Assembly: GCA_000092065.1 (NCBI GenBank) | Contig: CP000586.1 | Reading direction: 5' to 3' (one strand) | From: Ostreococcus lucimarinus | Taxonomy: Eukaryota | Length of the DNA: 64,000 nt | Part shown: positions 58,907 to 64,000 of the stretch, in pieces | Numbering within the stretch: position 1 is the first letter of the stretch | Layout of the letters: every line of letters starts with the position of its first letter | Notes under the pieces: generated by a model | Databases searched by the model: none | What the model saw: only the letters and a program-made list of their open reading frames with translations | What the model was told of the DNA's origin: nothing | Position numbers and translations under genes: made by a program

Positions 58907-61900
58907 CTACGTCGATCGAGGCGCGGGAGCGGTGAAAAAGGCGTGCAGCGACGCCTGTTGTCTGTTGACTTGTTTCAGCGGACTGCGCTTTCGAGGCGTT
59001 GACGTCTTCGATTTCGGGCTAGTCGAGCGTCGACGTTGCGCTTGCTTTGTCTGCCACATTCGGAGCGCCTCCATGTCGCGCTTCAGGCGCGCCTCGGTTG
59101 CGGCTTTCTTTTGTGCGGCGAGAATTTCAGCCTTGGACGGTTTCTTCGGCGGGCGCAGAAGAGCTTGTAACAATCGCGCGAGACGCGTTTTGAGCGTCGA
59201 CAATGGCGGCCAATCCACCACCTCGCGGTACTCGCCGTCGTCGTACACGCCGGTTCTCGCGGCGAATCGTAACGATCGATCGTTACGCACGCACTCGAGC
59301 TGCTTCTCGAGCGCCGGCGTGTACCCCGGCGTGTAGCCGTAGCGTAAAGAACCGCGAAGAAGATCGGCGTCATCCTCCGTCGTCCACCACGACGCTGGGA
59401 CGGTCGCTTTGTGCCCGAGAGTTGGAACATTAAACTCCGCCTTTTCCTTTGGCAACCCAGTCTTCAAGGCCGTTTGCGCCGAATCCGCGCCCTCGACGTC
59501 GATCAGTTCTTCGTCTACTTGCACGAGTTTCGCCAGCGCCGCGCGCTGTCGCATCAGTTTGGCGCGGCGCGGCATGGCGCGGAGCATCTTCGTCCACAAC
59601 ACGCGACTCACGAGCGCGTTGGTCGCTCGTTCGGGAACGACGACTCGCTCCAAAGCCGAAAACACGGCGGCTTTCGTCTCCTCGGTATCTTCGCCCTCGT
59701 CGCCATCTTTGTCATCATCCTTGTCGCCATCATCGTCCTTGTCGCCGTCTTGCACATCACTCGCGCGCGTTTGTACCGTCGAAACGCCGTCGCTCGTCGA
59801 CTTCCCTCGAGCGGCTTCGATGGCGGCGAACATGGCCAGAATCGCGTTCGCTACCTCCATCTTCTGCTCGAACGGCTTGTCCACGTCCAGGGTCCCATAC
59901 GTGACGGCGCGAAAAACGTTCCCATCTGGTGCGCCGAAAGCGACGACAGCATCGATAGTTTGCTCAACTTCGTACGTCAACCAGTTTAGCTTCGCTTCCT
60001 CTCTCGCGCGCTCCTTCTCCGCCGCGCGCTCCTTTCGGCGCGCCTCACGATCTTCGTGTCTGAGCTTCTTGTCCTCCTCGCGCTGACGCTTGGATTCGGC
60101 TCGGCGCTGGTTGTACGTCTCGCGCGACGACTTTCGACCGTGAGGAGGCGCTTCGGCGTTTTGTATGAGCGCAACACTTTCTTTGTAGTTGACCTTGCGC
60201 CGCTTGCGCGGACCTTCGACGGCGAAACGCTTGTCCACGACTTGCTCAGCCGCCTTGTCTTTCGCCGCTTGAATCGCGGTGCTCCCGAACGCCTCGGCCC
60301 AGAACGTTTCGTCATCTACGTCATCACCTGCCTCAGCGCCGAATGTGGCCACGGAGAACGAGTTACCGACGCGCGGACCAACCTCTCGGTGCTCGGCGCG
60401 ACGCGCGAGAATCTCGTCGATGTCCTCCGCCTCGAACGCGTTCGCCTCTTCACCTGAACCGTCCTTCAGGGCACCGTGAACACCGAATTTGAGCAACTCG
60501 TTTATTCTCTGCGCTTGTTCTTTAGCCGTCTTCTTAGATTGACGCCCCTCGCCACCGCCGTACTCATCGTCGCCGCCGCCGCCCAGGATCGCCTCGTCAA
60601 GACCGTACTTTCTCGAAGCCGTCTCAAACAACGACTGCTCGTACGTGTCCTTGGTGATGAACCGATACACCTTCACTTCTTTGGTTTGACCGATACGATG
60701 ACAGCGCGCCATAGCTTGCAAGTCATTCTGCGGATTCCAATCAGAATCGAAGATGATGGCGGTATCCGCGGACGTGAGCGTGATGCCCATGCCGCCCGCC
60801 CGAGTCGAGAGCAAGTACGCGAATCCCGCGCCCGGAGTGTTGAATCGATCGATGCCCGCCTGGCGATTTTCCGCGGACGTGTTACCATCTAAACGTTCGG
60901 TTTCATGACCGGATGCGTTCATGAAATCCTGAATAAGGTCGAGAACCATGGTGAATTGCGAGAAAATCAACACCTTGTGTCCGTCGCGTTTGAGCTTGGC
61001 CAGAAGCTTGGCGAGCAAGCCCATCTTCCCGCTTCCCTCGACGAGCAACTGCAGCGCGTTGGGCGGTTGATCACCCTTTTCCGCACACGCCGCCAACCGT
61101 TTATTCGTGTAGTCTTCTTCCAACCCGTCGCACAAGAATGGATGATTGCACACCTTGCGAAGCTCCATGGACAAGTTGCGAAGCTGCGGGACGCTCTTCA
61201 CCTTGGATCCTTCCAACAAGACGTGAATTTGGTTCTCATACAGTGCGCGGTAGTACCCTCGCTGCTGCGCCGTGAGCTCTACCCAGACCACAACTTCTTC
61301 CTTCGCCGGGATCTTTTCCACATCCTCCTTCATTCGTCGCAACATGCGAGGCTTCAAAAGTTCGCGCAGACGCATGACTTGCTCGGCGTCGACGTCGCCG
61401 GATTCGTCACAAAACTCGTCTTGGAAATCCTCCCACGAATGAAACTGTCGAGGATCTAGAATGTGCAGCATGCCGTAGAGTTCTTTAATATTATTCTGGA
61501 TCGGCGTTCCGGTGAGTAAAAGCAACCAATCATATCGAAGCGCGGTCACCGACAGCGTCGTCTGCGAGTTGACGTCTTTGAGTTTGTGCGCCTCGTCGAC
61601 GACGCACATCGCCCAAGAAAACTGCTCGAACAATTCCGTGTTCCGACGCACGTTCTCAAAACTCACCAACATGACGTCAAACTTCACCCTTCGCGTCCCC
61701 GGTATGAAGAACTCGTGCTCGGCGCACATCTCGCGATCCGCCGCCGAGCCGTCGTACACGACGGCGTTCATGTCGGTCCACTTTTCCATTTCGCGCTTCC
61801 AGTGTCCGAGCGTGGTGAGCGGGGCCACGACGCACACGGGTTGTCGTCGACGGATGAGGTTCTTGCGCACGTACTCAATCACCGAGATACACTGCGCCGT

Positions 61901-62677
61901 CTTTCCCAAACCCATCTCGTCGCCCAAAATGACGTTGCGTCCGCGGCAATAATTATTCACCATCCACTCGAAGCTCGTCACTTGGTACTCGCGCAGCGCC
62001 ATGTTGTTCTGAAACTCCGGTGGCACCGGCTTGCCGTGTGGCATTTCCGTGCGTTCGAAAAATTCTGGCTTGGAAAATCGCCAATACCGCGCCACCTGCG
62101 CCTCGTCCACCGGAGTCGCTAAACTTTCGCTCGCTTCCCACGTCGCCGCCGCGTACCCGAGCCCGCACCACTTGACCAAATACTCCACCGAACCCTCCGA
62201 TTCGCCGTCTCTGTGCGCGATGACGCGATCGATGACGTCATACATCGCCGGATACGGCGCGTCCTGCGCCTCGACGCCGTGATGCTTGCGCAGAAACGTC
62301 TTCAGCTTGTGCGGCGCCTCCCGCTGGAGCGTCTCCTCGATTTCCCACGAGCATCGTCTATGGCTCACGCCTTCCCACTTCACGCAAAATTCCAACGTCG
62401 ACGTCACCGTTCCATCTCCGTCTTTCATCGCGCGACAGTACACTATTTTTTCCACCACGTCCCGATCGATCTCGTCGTCGTCTTCACCGCCCGCGTCCGC
62501 GTCGTCGTCCTCGCTCGCGCTCGTCATCAATTCGTCGTCGTCGTCCGAGTCCACCTCCTTGAACGCGCCGCGCGCCGCGCGCGCCGTCGCCCGTCGCGGT
62601 CGTCCTCGGACGTCCTCCGCGACGTCATCGCCATCGAGCGACGATAACGATTCGTCCGACGTTTCGCTCGCATCGCT

Positions 62678-62721
<44 letters not shown>

Positions 62722-62947
62722 TCGGTTCCGACGCGCTCGACCGCGCGTCATCGTCTGCGTCTTCGTCGTCGCTCGTCCACGTCTTCGCGCGCGCTGAACC
62801 GTCGACACGACGACGGACGGCAGCGGCATCGCGTTCATCGATCGCGTCGCGCGCGTCGTACGCGAACGCCTCGAACGGCGGATTCATGCGTCGTCGTGTG
62901 CGACGCGACGCGAATCGAATTTGAAATCGCGTCTGAGAGTCGGACAT
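58907..62947 (-). CDS. CHD: CHD1-like chromodomain-helicase-DNA-binding protein: tandem chromodomains plus an SNF2 ATPase.
   Basis: The chromodomains are EKIVYCRAMK...EFCVKWEGVSHRRCSWE and YLVKWCGLGYAAATWE. SNF2 motifs are ILGDEMGLGKTAQ, DEAHKLKD and the helicase-C region LLSTRAGGMGITLTSADTAIIFDSDWNPQNDLQAMARCHRIGQ. The upstream part of the ORF-track ORF, 62948..63367, is Arg-rich junk. The first ATG after an AT-rich promoter island (MSDSQTRFQ) is at 62947; an alternative at 62887 is MNPPFEAF. Confidence 0.85.
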
Positions 62948-63110
62948 TCGGCGCGTGTACAAACGTATGTACAAACAGTGAAGACATATATACCACGAAT
63001 GTACACCAGTGTACGTATTGTGTGTACACGCACGCCCATATCGCGCGCGCGCGCGAACCGTCGTTTCGCGCGCGTCGACGTCGCGAGGCGACGGCACTCG
63101 CCGTCGCGCG
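62948..63110. promoter_or_regulatory. Compact bidirectional promoter/5'UTR region shared by the CHD gene (minus) and the amino-acid transporter gene (plus).
   Basis: This is a 163-bp interval between two divergent first ATGs. It contains an AT-richer island with repeated TGTACAAAC/TGTACA motifs (gtgtacaaacgtatgtacaaacagtg...gtacaccagtgtacgtattgtgtgtacacg) and a tatata stretch. Confidence 0.5.
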
Positions 63111-64000
63111 ATGCGCGCGCGCGCGACGCCGCGCGCGCCCGCCGCGCGCGCGACGTCCGCGGCGCGCGCGCGACTCGGACGCGCGGCGCCGACGCGACCC
63201 GCGCGCGACGCGCGCGAACGCGACGCGCGACGGCGACCGAAGACGCCATCGCGACGACGACCGAAGACGCGCGCGGTCGTCGACGCGCGCGAACGACCGC
63301 GGGGCGCGGGGCGCGGCGCGCGAACGTGGGACGACGCGGACGCGACGCGAGAGGTCGGGACGAGCACGACGGCGCAGGCGCGCGCGAACGCGGTGAATAT
63401 CTTGCTCGGCGTGGGGACGCTGAGCGTGCCGTACGCGCTGCGCGAGGCGGGATGGAGCGGATTGGGGGTGCTGATGACTTTGGGGGTGGTGACGAATTAT
63501 ACGGGGAAGATTTTGATCAAGTGTCAGCGGCGAGGGAGCCTGCCGGCGAATGAACGGTCGGTCGACGTGAGAAACGCGGCGGAGCTCGCGATGAACACCG
63601 GAGTGTGCGGCGATGAATTTTGCGCGGATGTGGACTACGACGACGCGCGGTTTCGGGCGATGCGATCGCCTCGTCGGGCGTTGATGTCGTACGAGGACAT
63701 CGGAGAGGCCGCGTTCGGGGTGAACGGGCGGAATTTCATCACGTTCGTCTTGTACACGGAGCTGATTGGCACCGCAGGCTTGTTTTTCATTCTCGAGGGC
63801 GATCATCTGGCGAAGCTTTTCCACATGCAAGGTAAAGAGGAACTCTTTTCCGCATGCGCGGCGCTCGCGATGGTGCCAACGACGTGGCTGTTAGATTTAT
63901 CCAGCCTGTCGTACGTCGGCGCGCTCGGCTTGTGCGCTTCGGTGAGCGTCACCGGCGTGATGCTGTACGAATTATTTAGCCAAGTCATATCGACCGGAGA
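63111..64000 (+). CDS. Amino acid transporter (Aa_trans/AVT-SLC38-like family), N-terminal part. Partial: it continues beyond the window end.
   Basis: The open frame runs from the ATG at 63111 to the window end; the ORF track does not list it because no stop lies in the window. It contains NAVNILLGVGTLSVPYALREAGWSGLGVLMTLGVVTNYTGKIL, typical of the first TM of Aa_trans transporters. An Arg-rich N-terminal region precedes it. Confidence 0.65.
   Translation, partial: MRARATPRAPAARATSAARARLGRAAPTRPARDARERDARRRPKTPSRRRPKTRAVVDARERPRGAGRGARTWDDADATREVGTSTTAQARANAVNILLGVGTLSVPYALREAGWSGLGVLMTLGVVTNYTGKILIKCQRRGSLPANERSVDVRNAAELAMNTGVCGDEFCADVDYDDARFRAMRSPRRALMSYEDIGEAAFGVNGRNFITFVLYTELIGTAGLFFILEGDHLAKLFHMQGKEELFSACAALAMVPTTWLLDLSSLSYVGALGLCASVSVTGVMLYELFSQVISTG

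Noticed and set aside
1-64000. Searched for rRNA, transposase/reverse-transcriptase/integrase ORFs, LTRs, telomeric repeats and additional tRNAs.
   Set aside because: No convincing motifs were seen by eye. The only structured non-coding RNA candidate is the intron-containing tRNA-Leu.

Overview
This window is high-GC (roughly 55-75% locally), gene-dense, intron-poor eukaryotic nuclear DNA. It is most consistent with a chlorophyte green alga, for three reasons. First, SecA, Ycf4, protoporphyrinogen oxidase, PreP, lipoyl synthase, NOA1 and Twinkle are all encoded here with Arg/Ala/Ser-rich N-terminal presequences. Second, TGTAA motifs sit in many 3' flanks, as is typical of chlorophyte 3' ends. 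Third, an eEF3 gene is present. About 33 protein-coding genes lie on both strands, 100-700 bp apart, often as divergent pairs sharing short AT-richer promoter islands. The window also holds one intron-containing tRNA-Leu(AAG), a partial midasin gene with two canonical GT-AG introns, and several coding and non-coding (GTC/GAC)n microsatellites. Two caveats apply to the supplied ORF track. It renders alternative starts (TTG/GTG) as M, and the GC-richness generates many long spurious Arg/Ala/Pro-rich antisense ORFs. I therefore trimmed several ORFs to their first ATG or to the homologous part, and rejected the antisense ORFs. Every family assignment comes from reading motifs by eye, because no database search was possible.
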